Positions 9,673 to 18,665 of a DNA stretch of 64,000 nt are shown here, one piece after another. The notes beneath the pieces are model-generated. The model worked only from the letters and a program-made list of their open reading frames with translations, searched no databases and was not told the origin of the DNA. The stretch spans positions 344 to 64,343 of the forward strand of contig JBAYLH010000005.1 of the NCBI GenBank assembly GCA_041664165.1. The letters run 5' to 3'. The stretch's first letter is position 1, and the number at the start of each line of letters is the position of its first letter. The position numbers and the translations under genes were made by a program. Source of the stretch: Candidatus Buchananbacteria bacterium. Its GTDB lineage: Bacteria; Patescibacteriota; Patescibacteriia; Buchananbacterales; UBA6539.

Positions 9673-9740
9673 GTTTTTAAACTTAACTTTTTGCGAGATA
9701 AGGTTTAAATGCCATCTTATTATACTAAATTTTTCTAGTC

Positions 9741-9770
9741 TTGACAAGAGTAAAACAAGAGGAGTAAGAT
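9741..9770 (+). promoter_or_regulatory. Sigma70-type promoter
   Basis: TTGACA-18 bp-TAAGAT; AAGGAGG Shine-Dalgarno at ~9809-9815. Confidence 0.6.
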
Positions 9771-9822
9771 TAAAAGTCGTTGGTCGAAAATGACAAAAGC
9801 AACCCAACAAGGAGGGTTTGAG

Positions 9823-10560
9823 ATGGAGAGAATAAGAGTACTGCTCGTTGATGACGATCCTGAAATTGTGGATTGTCTTGCCGAAGCCTTAACTAGTCAA
9901 GGCTTCAATGTTTACGGCGTGACTAGTCTCGCTAAAGCCTTGGAGTGGCTGGAGCAAAATACCGTTGACCTGGTTATCACCGATAGCCAGGGGATGTTAA
10001 AGGATCGTAATGACCTCCTTCCGATGATGGAAGAAATCAGGAGAATTACCGCCGTGCCGGTAATTCTGATGACCGACGCCATTAAAGAAAATCAAATCCC
10101 AGAGTTTCTTCAGCAGGGATTTGCTGCCGTCTTAATCAAGGTGGCAACCCTGAAAGATCTCTACGAAGCTATCCGTAAGCCCTTTAGGACAAAGTTCACC
10201 GTCCTAGTGGTTAATGACTGCCAAACCGCATTAGAAACCACGGCCGAGCTTATTGAAACCTTCGGATACAGCGCAGCTACCGCCAAGGACGGTCAGGAAG
10301 CCTGGGAGATGGTCAAAAAAAATCCCCCAAATCTGGTCTTTACCAGTGATTCAATGCCAAGACTTTCCGGACCAGTGCTACTCGAAAAAATGAAAGCTTC
10401 GGCAGACGACACCATCAGCGACATCCCGGTAATCCTTTACGGAACCTGGGCTACCGTTAACGAAATTAGGCTGAGAGAGCAGGGTTTTGCCGTAGTGCTG
10501 CAAAAACCGGCCAAAGCCGAAACAATTAAAGACGCTCTAATAAGCGTCTTGGGCTGCTGA
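9823..10560 (+). CDS. Tandem receiver (REC-REC) protein without output domain
   Basis: VLLVDDD...DLVITD and VLVVND...NLVFTSDSMP...QKP; start placed after the AGGAGG SD. Confidence 0.82.
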   Translation: MERIRVLLVDDDPEIVDCLAEALTSQGFNVYGVTSLAKALEWLEQNTVDLVITDSQGMLKDRNDLLPMMEEIRRITAVPVILMTDAIKENQIPEFLQQGFAAVLIKVATLKDLYEAIRKPFRTKFTVLVVNDCQTALETTAELIETFGYSAATAKDGQEAWEMVKKNPPNLVFTSDSMPRLSGPVLLEKMKASADDTISDIPVILYGTWATVNEIRLREQGFAVVLQKPAKAETIKDALISVLGC

Positions 10561-10580
10561 CACAGCAGCAGAGATTTCTC

Positions 10581-10613
10581 AAAGGTGACTTTTGACAGCC
10601 ACCTTTTTTCTTT
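10581..10613 (+). terminator. Intrinsic terminator, probably bidirectional
   Basis: aaaggtgac...gccaccttttttc. Confidence 0.6.
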
Positions 10614-10616
10614 TGC

Positions 10617-11582
10617 CTAAAAACCTAAATATCGGATTTCTTCTTCCAGCTGAATTCCCAGCTGATTTCTGACTCGCATTTTAACGTCGGAAATAAGCAT
10701 AATCACGTGCTCGGCTTTGGCCGAACCGATATTAACAAAAAAATTTGAATGTTTTTCCGAAATTTGGCAGCCGCCGATAGTTTTTCCTCTTAAATCCAGC
10801 CGGTCAATCAAATAGCCTGCTGACAATTTTCCGTGCATCGTTACTTTTTGCCATTCGGCTTCATCGATATCCAGTTCTTTTTTCAGGCGCTCTTTGTCAA
10901 TTGCCGTTTTATCCAATTTGATATTTTTGAAAATACAGCCGGCCGACGGTTCAATCGGCAGCTTTTGATTTCTTTCCAAAATGAATTTAACCACCTGGCT
11001 TTGAATTGCTCTGGGATCGCCTTTTTCCAATTTAACCGTCACTGACAAAATTATTCCCGGCACTTTTTTTAAAATACTCCCCCGATACTCATAGGCCATT
11101 TCCGGCTGGCTTAACTTTTTTACTTCCCCGGCCTGGTAAATTTCAACTTCCTTGACAACTTTGCCGAAACTGACCCCGTAAGCGCCGGCATTGCCAAAAG
11201 CCGTACCGCCGACGGTTCCGGGAATTCCGGCCATGGTTTCCAAACCGGTTAGACCGGCCTGGCCGGCTAAACCGATTAAGCGGCTCAAATTCACCCCGGC
11301 TTCCACCCAGATTTCCTGGCCGTTAATCGTAAAATTATTACTGACTGTTTTGATAATTAACCCGGCAAAGCCATCGTCGGAAACTAGCATATTCGAACCC
11401 CAGCCTAAAATAAAAAACGGAATTTTCAGCTCTTCCGCCGTTTTTACCGCCGCTAAAAGCTCCTGGCTATTTTTCGCTTCATAAAAATACTTCGCCGGCC
11501 CGCCGATTTTAAAAGTGGTGTGGCTAGCCAAAGGCTCGTTTTCTTTGACACTGCCTAATTTTTCGATTAATTTATCTGACAT
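10617..11582 (-). CDS. murB: UDP-N-acetylenolpyruvoylglucosamine reductase
   Basis: HTTFKIGGPA, GSNMLVSD, GIPGTVGG, SAGCIFKN, SEKHSNF, LEEEI. Confidence 0.96.
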   Translation of the reverse strand: MSDKLIEKLGSVKENEPLASHTTFKIGGPAKYFYEAKNSQELLAAVKTAEELKIPFFILGWGSNMLVSDDGFAGLIIKTVSNNFTINGQEIWVEAGVNLSRLIGLAGQAGLTGLETMAGIPGTVGGTAFGNAGAYGVSFGKVVKEVEIYQAGEVKKLSQPEMAYEYRGSILKKVPGIILSVTVKLEKGDPRAIQSQVVKFILERNQKLPIEPSAGCIFKNIKLDKTAIDKERLKKELDIDEAEWQKVTMHGKLSAGYLIDRLDLRGKTIGGCQISEKHSNFFVNIGSAKAEHVIMLISDVKMRVRNQLGIQLEEEIRYLGF

Positions 11583-11590
11583 AAAAAATT

Positions 11591-12979
11591 CTAATTTATC
11601 AGTTTATCCCTGACCCGGTAAACATCCCCCGCACCCATGGTTACTAAAACCATGCCCGGCTTAATTTTATCTTTTAAATAATCAATGGCCTGGTTTAAAT
11701 CGCCGGCGTAAACCACATTGGGCTGGTACTTTTTTGTCGCTTCGGCTAAATCTTGGGAAGTAATATCTTGGGCGGTTTCCCGAGCCGAGGCGAAAATATC
11801 GGCGAAAATTACCAAGTTAACGTCGGCAAAACTAGCGGCAAAGTCGGCCAGCAGCGCTTTAGTCCGGGAAGCCATGTGCGGCTGAAAAACGCACCAAATC
11901 AGCTGATCCGGATAGCGGTGCCGGGCGGCGCTGAGCGTAGCTTTGATTTCGCTTGGATGATGGGCATAATCATCGATAAAAGTAACGCCGTTATTTTCCG
12001 AAACATCAAACCTTCTTTCAGTCCCTTGGAAATTTTTTAAAATATTTTTTATCAGTTCAACCGGCAAACCTTCGTTAATACCGACGATAATCGCCGCCAG
12101 CGCATTCAAAACGTTATGCTCACCAAACAGTTTAATCCGAAAATCTTTTAAGTCAAGGGTCTGGCTTTTTACGTCAAAAAGGGTCTGGTTGTATTCATGC
12201 CTGACATTACAAGCCTGCCATAAATTATCTTCGTTAAAGCCGTAAGTAATAACCTTTTTTTGAGTCTGACTGATAATTTTTCTGACACTTGGCCAATCAC
12301 CGCAAGCGACGACTAAATCTTTGGTTTTTTCAACTAATTGCTGAAAAGCTTTTTCGATCGCTTCCAAACTTTCAAAAACGTCAACGTGTTCCCATTCTAC
12401 GCTCGTAATCACCGAAATAGCCGGATCCAAATCTAAAAATTTCGGCATTTTTTCGGTTTTACTTCTGACATATTCATCGCCTTCAACAATGAAATGCCGA
12501 CCATCGCCCCAGCCGGCATTGCTTTTTAAATCCGGAACCGAGCCGGTGCCGATTAAAAAACTGGGTAACAATCCGGCCTGGGAAAAAAGATAGCTGATCA
12601 TCGCCGTTGTCGTGGTTTTGCCGTGAACTCCGGTAACGGCAATGGTTTTCTTTTCTCCGCTTAATAATCCGCGCATTTCAGAATCGGTTATCCAGGGCAA
12701 ATTTCTCTTTTTGGTTTCCGCCACTTCAATATTGTCATCCGACCAGGAAGCGCCGATAATTACCAAGTTCGGCTGGCAATTCAAATTTGCCGCTGAAAAA
12801 TTTTCAAAAACTTCAATTTCGTTGGCAATCAAAATTTTATCGGTAATAAATTTTTCCGAAACATCAGAACCGAAAACTTCAATTCCCCGCTGCTTGCAAA
12901 TCACCGCTAAACCCGACATCGCCACTCCCTTGATGCCGATGAAATATACTTTTTTTACTTTGGTTAAATCAACATTCAT
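11591..12979 (-). CDS. murC: UDP-N-acetylmuramate--L-alanine ligase
   Basis: FIGIKGVAMSGLA, GVHGKTTTT, VEGDEY, DDYAHHP, FQPH, MGAGD. Confidence 0.94.
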   Translation of the reverse strand: MNVDLTKVKKVYFIGIKGVAMSGLAVICKQRGIEVFGSDVSEKFITDKILIANEIEVFENFSAANLNCQPNLVIIGASWSDDNIEVAETKKRNLPWITDSEMRGLLSGEKKTIAVTGVHGKTTTTAMISYLFSQAGLLPSFLIGTGSVPDLKSNAGWGDGRHFIVEGDEYVRSKTEKMPKFLDLDPAISVITSVEWEHVDVFESLEAIEKAFQQLVEKTKDLVVACGDWPSVRKIISQTQKKVITYGFNEDNLWQACNVRHEYNQTLFDVKSQTLDLKDFRIKLFGEHNVLNALAAIIVGINEGLPVELIKNILKNFQGTERRFDVSENNGVTFIDDYAHHPSEIKATLSAARHRYPDQLIWCVFQPHMASRTKALLADFAASFADVNLVIFADIFASARETAQDITSQDLAEATKKYQPNVVYAGDLNQAIDYLKDKIKPGMVLVTMGAGDVYRVRDKLIN

Positions 12980-12984
12980 AAAGT

Positions 12985-13050
12985 TAAATACTAAATCCTA
13001 AATTCTAAATCCGAAACAAATTCCAATTTTTTAAATCACAAATTACAAAC
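12985..13050. repeat. Degenerate heptamer tandem repeat (nnCTAAA-like)
   Basis: aatactaaatcctaaattctaaatccgaaa...tcacaaattacaaa. Confidence 0.5.
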
Positions 13051-13066
13051 GGCTTGGAATTTATAT

Positions 13067-13951
13067 TTATAAGCCCAAATCCTGCTTAATCTGCGGCAAA
13101 GCCGCCATTGCCGCTTTTCGCCCTTCATTAATGCAATACTGAACCGAATTAACGTGATATCGCCTTACCCGGCTAATATCGGGTTTAATTAAAGCGTCAT
13201 AGCGATAGGCATGATGATATAAATTATTAATTTCGGTGGCTGACAGAACAAATACCCGCCACATTGTCTGAATTATATTCAAATTGCATAAACCGTTATT
13301 TTTCATCGAACAAATCGTCTCCCGGCTTTTTTTCACCCTTTTAAAGTTGGAAAAAAATCTGGTAACAAAGCTGGGATCTCTGGAAACATAAACCGCAATC
13401 ACGTAATCGGCGCCGCTGTCATAAAGCGGTTTGGAAGGAATCATATTAAAATTCCCGCCGTCAATGATAATTTTTCCAGCCCAATTCACCGGCACAAAAA
13501 TACCGGGAACGGCCGTGGCCGCCTGAATCGCTTTGCCGACCGGGCCTTCGGTAATCATCATTTCTTCCATACTGGCCAAATCAGTTACCGCCAAAATTAA
13601 TTTTTTATCCAAATCGGAAAACTTTTTATCGCCGACAAATTCTTCAAAAAATACCCGGTTTCGTTCGCCTTTAAGCAACCCGGCTTTCGGCATGGTCGGC
13701 TCAATAATCACATTCCAAAAATCACGCCTTCGGCCTTCAACCAGGCGTTTTTTGAGCTGAGGCAAAGTCCCGGCCGCATAAGCCGCGGCCACCGCCGAAC
13801 CGGAGCTGCAGCCGGCCAATAAGTCAATCGGGATATTATTTTCGGTCAAAACTTCAATGACGCCGATGGCCGCAGTCGCCCGAATAAAGCCGCCGGAAAT
13901 AGCCAAGCCTACTTTTATTTTAGGTATTTTAGGTTTTTGTTCTTCATTCAT
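13067..13951 (-). CDS. Patatin-like phospholipase (RssA-like)
   Basis: LAISGG, GCSSG nucleophile elbow, AVPGIF, IDGG. Confidence 0.88.
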   Translation of the reverse strand: MNEEQKPKIPKIKVGLAISGGFIRATAAIGVIEVLTENNIPIDLLAGCSSGSAVAAAYAAGTLPQLKKRLVEGRRRDFWNVIIEPTMPKAGLLKGERNRVFFEEFVGDKKFSDLDKKLILAVTDLASMEEMMITEGPVGKAIQAATAVPGIFVPVNWAGKIIIDGGNFNMIPSKPLYDSGADYVIAVYVSRDPSFVTRFFSNFKRVKKSRETICSMKNNGLCNLNIIQTMWRVFVLSATEINNLYHHAYRYDALIKPDISRVRRYHVNSVQYCINEGRKAAMAALPQIKQDLGL

Positions 13952-13954
13952 GGT

Positions 13955-15001
13955 TTATAAAATCATTTTGGCAATTTTTTCCGCCGCCTTGGCTGGCATA
14001 ATTTTTCCGATATTGCGGCTTAAATTTGCCAATTCCGCTTGGTCGAAAAGCAGCTGCTTAATCGCTTGGGCAAAATCTTTTGGCTCCAGTCCGGCTTCAT
14101 TGACGACGGCAATCGCGTTATGGCGAAAAAATTCCGTGGCATTTTCCTGCTGATGGCTTTGCGGCAAAGGAATAATTAAAGCGGGTTTGGCTAAGGCCGC
14201 CAGCTCAGTCAAAGTACCCATACCGGCTCGGGCAACAACCAAATCAGCCGCGGCATAAGCGTTTTTCAGCTGGTCGGTTAAAAAATCAAAATTTCGGTAG
14301 CGGGGGTCGGAAAAATTTTGGATCGGTTTGCCGCCGGTTAAATGAATCACCTGGCAAAACTTTACTAATTCAGCAATACTGCCGGCAACTAGCCGATTAA
14401 TGCTTAAAGCGCCGGTGCCGCCGCCCAAAATTAAAACCGTCGGCAGCTGCGGGTCAAAATTAAAAAATTTGTAGCCGGCTTCCCGGCTGCCGGTAAGGAT
14501 TTCCGGCCGAACCGGATTGCCGGTTAAAACTGTTTTCGGCCCGGGAAAATCAGCCAGCGATTTCGGGAAAGCCACGGCAATAATACTGGCAAACCGCGCC
14601 ATTAATTTATTGGCCAAACCGGGCCGAATATCCTGCTGTAAAATCAAAACCGGCCGGCGGCAAAGCCAGGCCGCCCAAGTTACCGGCACGGCAACAAACC
14701 CGCCGGCCGAAATTACCGCTTGGGGTTTAAATTTCAAAATTATTGCCAGCGCCTGAAAAAAACCGAAAATAATCAAAATTGGATCAAAAAAATTCTGCCA
14801 GGAAAAATAGCGGCGGAATTTACCGGCGAAAATTTTTTTCAGCGGAATTTGATAGCTGCCGATTAATTTATCCTCCGGCCCATCGGAAGTTGCCAGCCAC
14901 AAAAACTCAGCACCGGGATGCTGTTTTTTAATTTCTTCATAAACCGCAATCAAAGGGCTGACTGAACCGATCGTGCCGCCCCCGGAAAATAATATTTTCA
15001 T
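13955..15001 (-). CDS. murG: Lipid II GlcNAc transferase
   Basis: SGGGTIG, GGFVAVP, TGNPVR, ARAGMGTLTE, HQQENA. Confidence 0.95.
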   Translation of the reverse strand: MKILFSGGGTIGSVSPLIAVYEEIKKQHPGAEFLWLATSDGPEDKLIGSYQIPLKKIFAGKFRRYFSWQNFFDPILIIFGFFQALAIILKFKPQAVISAGGFVAVPVTWAAWLCRRPVLILQQDIRPGLANKLMARFASIIAVAFPKSLADFPGPKTVLTGNPVRPEILTGSREAGYKFFNFDPQLPTVLILGGGTGALSINRLVAGSIAELVKFCQVIHLTGGKPIQNFSDPRYRNFDFLTDQLKNAYAAADLVVARAGMGTLTELAALAKPALIIPLPQSHQQENATEFFRHNAIAVVNEAGLEPKDFAQAIKQLLFDQAELANLSRNIGKIMPAKAAEKIAKMIL

Positions 15002-15257
15002 AACTAAAAAATAGCAGATTTGGGCTTAAAAATCAACAGCGGAAAAAAAATTTGTTGGATAATAAATCGGTAAAATAACTAATTCTAGCTATCCTTTCAT
15101 TTTGAATTTGCCGCGCAAAGACAACGCGTGAATATCGAAATCTTCCATTGGCGTCATCGCGAACGCTTCTTTTTCTCCCGACCCTTAAATAGTTTATCAT
15201 TAGCCAATATTTATCCCAAAAAGGTAACTTTAACTCTACGATTTTGGGGGCTACATT

Positions 15258-15286
15258 TTGACAGATAGCTTAAAATAAGCTATATT
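15258..15286 (+). promoter_or_regulatory. Sigma70-type promoter of the islet operon
   Basis: TTGACA-17 bp-TATATT. Confidence 0.72.
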
Positions 15287-15376
15287 ACTATGTTGGTAGG
15301 GTTACCATCGCGCGTGCGGCGGTATTCCGACCGGTTACAATGCAACTTTACCCAACAAACAAGGGAGGAATTGGCG

Positions 15377-15742
15377 ATGACTATCGGCGAGTTTTTGTTT
15401 CGGAGTTTGGCAAAGGGGTTTGCAAGGTTCTGCGAATTTCTGTGGGACTACAAATCTTCCGCTGTCCTGGCCATGACGGGGTCGTTAGCATACTCATTGT
15501 TGTATGGCTTTCGAAATCCCCACCATGTTAAACGTGGATACTACAATTTCGTTCAACCTGGAGCCGATGTGACTTGGGACATGACAAGATATGTCTGGGG
15601 AGCATTATGGTCAGGAATAGACCAGTGGCTTGGTAATATCCATTGGGTAGCCGGTTTGATGGTTATAGCGGTTTTGATCCATTGGGCCGTCGTGAAATTG
15701 CTGACCTACAAACTGCCATCTCACCACGAAAAACAACGGTGA
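15377..15742 (+). CDS. Hypothetical membrane protein
   Basis: GGAGG SD before the ATG at 15377; two hydrophobic, Trp-rich segments. Confidence 0.6.
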   Translation: MTIGEFLFRSLAKGFARFCEFLWDYKSSAVLAMTGSLAYSLLYGFRNPHHVKRGYYNFVQPGADVTWDMTRYVWGALWSGIDQWLGNIHWVAGLMVIAVLIHWAVVKLLTYKLPSHHEKQR

Positions 15743-15758
15743 GAAAGGAGGAAAGGCA

Positions 15759-15878
15759 ATGTACTGTAGCTATTGCGGAAGCAGGGAGCATAATATTTCC
15801 CTGTGCCCCAAAACACATACCGGAAGTGCTGCTAGAGCATGGCACCCCGAAAGTATAGCCGATAATCGTATCGACTAA
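15759..15878 (+). CDS. 39-aa CCHC zinc-knuckle microprotein (not in the ORF track)
   Basis: AAGGAGG SD, then MYCSYCGSREHNISLCPKTHTGSAARAWHPESIADNRID*; exact C-x2-C-x4-H-x4-C spacing. Confidence 0.75.
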   Translation: MYCSYCGSREHNISLCPKTHTGSAARAWHPESIADNRID

Positions 15879-15992
15879 ACCTGTCGGCTTAAGCCGAGGG
15901 GTTTACTCCAAAAAAAAACACCGAAGCCTGGCGATAATTTCAAAGGGCTTCTTTTTCTTTTTCAAAAAAAATAGCAGATTTGAGCTTAAAAA

Positions 15993-17156
15993 TCAACTGA
16001 TTTCCCGCGAAATATTAGCTAAAATTCCGACGGCCGCTAACGAAGCGGCCAAAGCCGTGCCGCCATAACTGACAAAAGGTAAAGGAATACCGGTTAAAGG
16101 CATCAAACCAATCATCGCGGCAATATTGAAAAAGGCTTGCAAAACAAACCAGGAAGTTATGCCAATGATGACAAACCGGGCATAATCATCGCTAACGGCT
16201 TGAGCTAATTTTAATCCCCGCCAGGCTAAAAGGATAAATAGACCAATCAAAGCCACGGCAAAAATAAAGCCCAATTCTTCGGCAATGATGGCAAAAATTG
16301 AATCGCCCATGACTTCCGGCAGATAAGCAAATTTCTGGCGCGACTGGCCAAAACCTAAACCAAAAAATCCGCCGGAACCAATCGCCAAAAAAGCCTGGTT
16401 GATATGGTAACCGATTCCCTGCGGGTCAATTTTCGGATTCAAAAAAGTCAAAAGCCGCGCCGCCCGATATGGTGCCTGAATGACTAAAATGCCAAAAGCC
16501 GCTAGCCCACCCAAAATTAACCACAAAATATGGGTGAATCTGGCGCCGGCGGTAAAATAAACGGCCAAAGAAATACTAACGATTATGATCAAAGTGCCTA
16601 AATCCGGCTGCATTACCACTAAAAGCGAGATTAAACCCAAAATTACCGCAAACGGCACCAGACCATTCCAAAAATCATTATTTAGTTCCCGGCCGCGATA
16701 AGAAAACCAACCGGCCAAGCCTAAAATTAAAAACAGCTTGACGATTTCAGCCGGCTGAAACGAAAAAAGGCCAAAGACATTAATCCAGCTTTTAGCCGAA
16801 CTGCCATTATTGGAACCGATCCCCGGCAAAAAAACTAAAAGTAAAAGTATCAAAGAAATAATAAAAAACCAAACCGTGTATTTTTCCAGCCGCCGGTAAG
16901 GAATGGCGGCAAAAACAAAAAAGAAAGCCACCCCGGGGATAAAGCCGCTGACGACTTGGTGCCAAAAAAGGTAGTAGGTACTGCCAAAATTTCGATAAGA
17001 CTCAACCGCCGACGCCGAAGAAAGCATGATTAGGCCAAAAACCGTAATGAGGCCAAAAATACCCAGTAAAAAATAGTCTGGCTTGCCTAAAATTTTTTCT
17101 AAGTTCAGCCGGCTGGTTAGTTTTTTTTTACTTTGTTTAAAGTGAAACCGCTTCAT
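15993..17156 (-). CDS. ftsW: SEDS peptidoglycan polymerase FtsW
   Basis: GLIMLSSAS, FQPAEIVK, QPDLGT, GSGG, YLPEVMGD, GIPLPFVSYGG. Confidence 0.95.
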   Translation of the reverse strand: MKRFHFKQSKKKLTSRLNLEKILGKPDYFLLGIFGLITVFGLIMLSSASAVESYRNFGSTYYLFWHQVVSGFIPGVAFFFVFAAIPYRRLEKYTVWFFIISLILLLLVFLPGIGSNNGSSAKSWINVFGLFSFQPAEIVKLFLILGLAGWFSYRGRELNNDFWNGLVPFAVILGLISLLVVMQPDLGTLIIIVSISLAVYFTAGARFTHILWLILGGLAAFGILVIQAPYRAARLLTFLNPKIDPQGIGYHINQAFLAIGSGGFFGLGFGQSRQKFAYLPEVMGDSIFAIIAEELGFIFAVALIGLFILLAWRGLKLAQAVSDDYARFVIIGITSWFVLQAFFNIAAMIGLMPLTGIPLPFVSYGGTALAASLAAVGILANISREIS

Positions 17157-18661
17157 TTTTTTAAGCCTAAAACAATTTGATTAAACTGATCGCCCCGGTC
17201 ATATTCATGGATAAATAAATTAAACGAGGCACAGGCCGGCGAGAGCAAAATAGTACTTCCTGATTTAGCAAAACTTTTAGCCAAACTAACGGCCGGTAAC
17301 ATTTCATTAACCCCAAAAACAAAATTCCGATAATTAACCTTTTTTAATTGCTTGGCAATCTGCTCGCTGCCTTCGCCGGAAAATAATACCACCGCTTTGC
17401 AAGTCTGTTTAATGATGCCGGCTAGCTCCCGATATTTGGCTTCGGGAATATTTTTAGTCGCGCCGCCGGCAATTAAAATAATGTTTTTAGCTTTTAGCTT
17501 ATAGCTTGTAGCTTGCAGAGTATTAAGGGCGGCGATAGTTCCATCGGGCGTGGTAGCAGTTGTATCATTGACATAATCAACCCCATCAACTTGTCTGATA
17601 AATTCAATCCGACCCGGCAAGCCGTTGAAGCTAGCCAAGGCTGATTTGATTTCTTTTGGTTTTACTCCAAAAATTCCCGCCACGGTCAAAGCGGCTAAAA
17701 TATTTTCTAAATTATGCTCGCCTTTCAGCTTGCAAGCGGACAAGCTGGCAAGCTGGCTAATTCTGCCATTGAACCGAAAATAAATTTTGCCATTTTTAAC
17801 GAAACTGCCGTTTTGCTCCTTAAACTCTTTTTTGGAAAACCAAAACCGCCGAGCCGCCACGCTTTGCCCCATTTTTCTAGTATCAGAATTATCTAAATTC
17901 AAAATCGCAAAATCACTTTCTTTCTGCCAAGAAATTATATTCTTTTTCGCCGCGATGTAATCAGCCATTCCCAAGTAACGATTCAAATGATCCGGATAAA
18001 TATTGGTAACCAAGGCGATATTTGGACTTAACTTTTGCTGGCCTAAAATTTCCAGCTGCCACGACGAAAGCTCTAAAACCGCCAAATCATCGGTTTTAAT
18101 TTGATCTAAAATTTCCAGCATTGGCTTTTGCGGCAATCCTGCCAGCCAAACCTTTCTTCCTGTTCTCTGATTTCTGTTCTCTGATTTCTGATTTCTGTTT
18201 TCTGTTTTCTGTAATAATTCATAAATTAAACTAGCCGTCGTTGATTTGCCGCGAGTGCCAGTCACGCCAATAATTTTAGCGGGGCCTGCCTCGCCTATTC
18301 TATTGCGAAGTAAGCGGCAAGGCGGGCAATTTTTAAAAAATAAACTGGCATCATTTTCCGTTAGAATCCCGGCTTTTTCGGCAATTTTCAGGTATTTTGA
18401 CTGCCGCGGAACACCCGGGTTTTGAATAATCAAATCAGCGTTTTTAAAATCAATTTCGCGGTGCCGACCTAAGATTAGTTTGCAAGTTGGTAAGTTGGTA
18501 AGTTTTCTGAGGGAAGGTTCTAATTCTTTTTTAGTTTTTAAATCAGTCACGGTCACTTTAGCTCCGTGTTTTACCAGCCATAAGACAACTGCGACTCCAC
18601 CGCCGTGAAGTCCCAAGCCCATGACTGTTACTTTTTTGCCTTGAAATAAATTTTTTACCAT
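17153..18661 (-). CDS. murD: UDP-N-acetylmuramoyl-L-alanine--D-glutamate ligase carrying repeat-derived insertions
   Basis: MGLGLHGGG, NPGVP, GVTGTRGKSTT, ELSSWQL, DHLNRY, LSPACASF...DRG. Confidence 0.95.
   Translation of the reverse strand: MVKNLFQGKKVTVMGLGLHGGGVAVVLWLVKHGAKVTVTDLKTKKELEPSLRKLTNLPTCKLILGRHREIDFKNADLIIQNPGVPRQSKYLKIAEKAGILTENDASLFFKNCPPCRLLRNRIGEAGPAKIIGVTGTRGKSTTASLIYELLQKTENRNQKSENRNQRTGRKVWLAGLPQKPMLEILDQIKTDDLAVLELSSWQLEILGQQKLSPNIALVTNIYPDHLNRYLGMADYIAAKKNIISWQKESDFAILNLDNSDTRKMGQSVAARRFWFSKKEFKEQNGSFVKNGKIYFRFNGRISQLASLSACKLKGEHNLENILAALTVAGIFGVKPKEIKSALASFNGLPGRIEFIRQVDGVDYVNDTTATTPDGTIAALNTLQATSYKLKAKNIILIAGGATKNIPEAKYRELAGIIKQTCKAVVLFSGEGSEQIAKQLKKVNYRNFVFGVNEMLPAVSLAKSFAKSGSTILLSPACASFNLFIHEYDRGDQFNQIVLGLKK
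18160..18212. repeat. Heptamer tandem repeat CTGWTYT x7 inside murD
   Basis: ctgttct ctgattt ctgttct ctgattt ctgattt ctgtttt ctgtttt; encodes ENRNQKSENRNQRT. Confidence 0.85.
18285..18326. repeat. 42-bp hairpin element inserted in frame in murD
   Basis: cctgcctcgcc-N20-ggcaaggcggg; removing it restores KNCPAKIIGVTG. Confidence 0.8.
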
Positions 18662-18665
18662 TTTC

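Larger units (their letters stand above)
15006..15997. mobile_element. 960-bp islet between murG and ftsW bounded by 32-bp direct repeats
   Basis: aaaaaatagcagatttg(g/a)gcttaaaaatcaac at 15006-15037 and 15966-15997 with 1 mismatch; the second copy includes the ftsW stop; no recombinase inside. Confidence 0.65.

Noticed and set aside
15643-15858. Track ORFs 15643-15858 (+) and 15663-15845 (-)
   Set aside because: Superseded by the SD-led zinc-knuckle ORF at 15759-15878 in another frame
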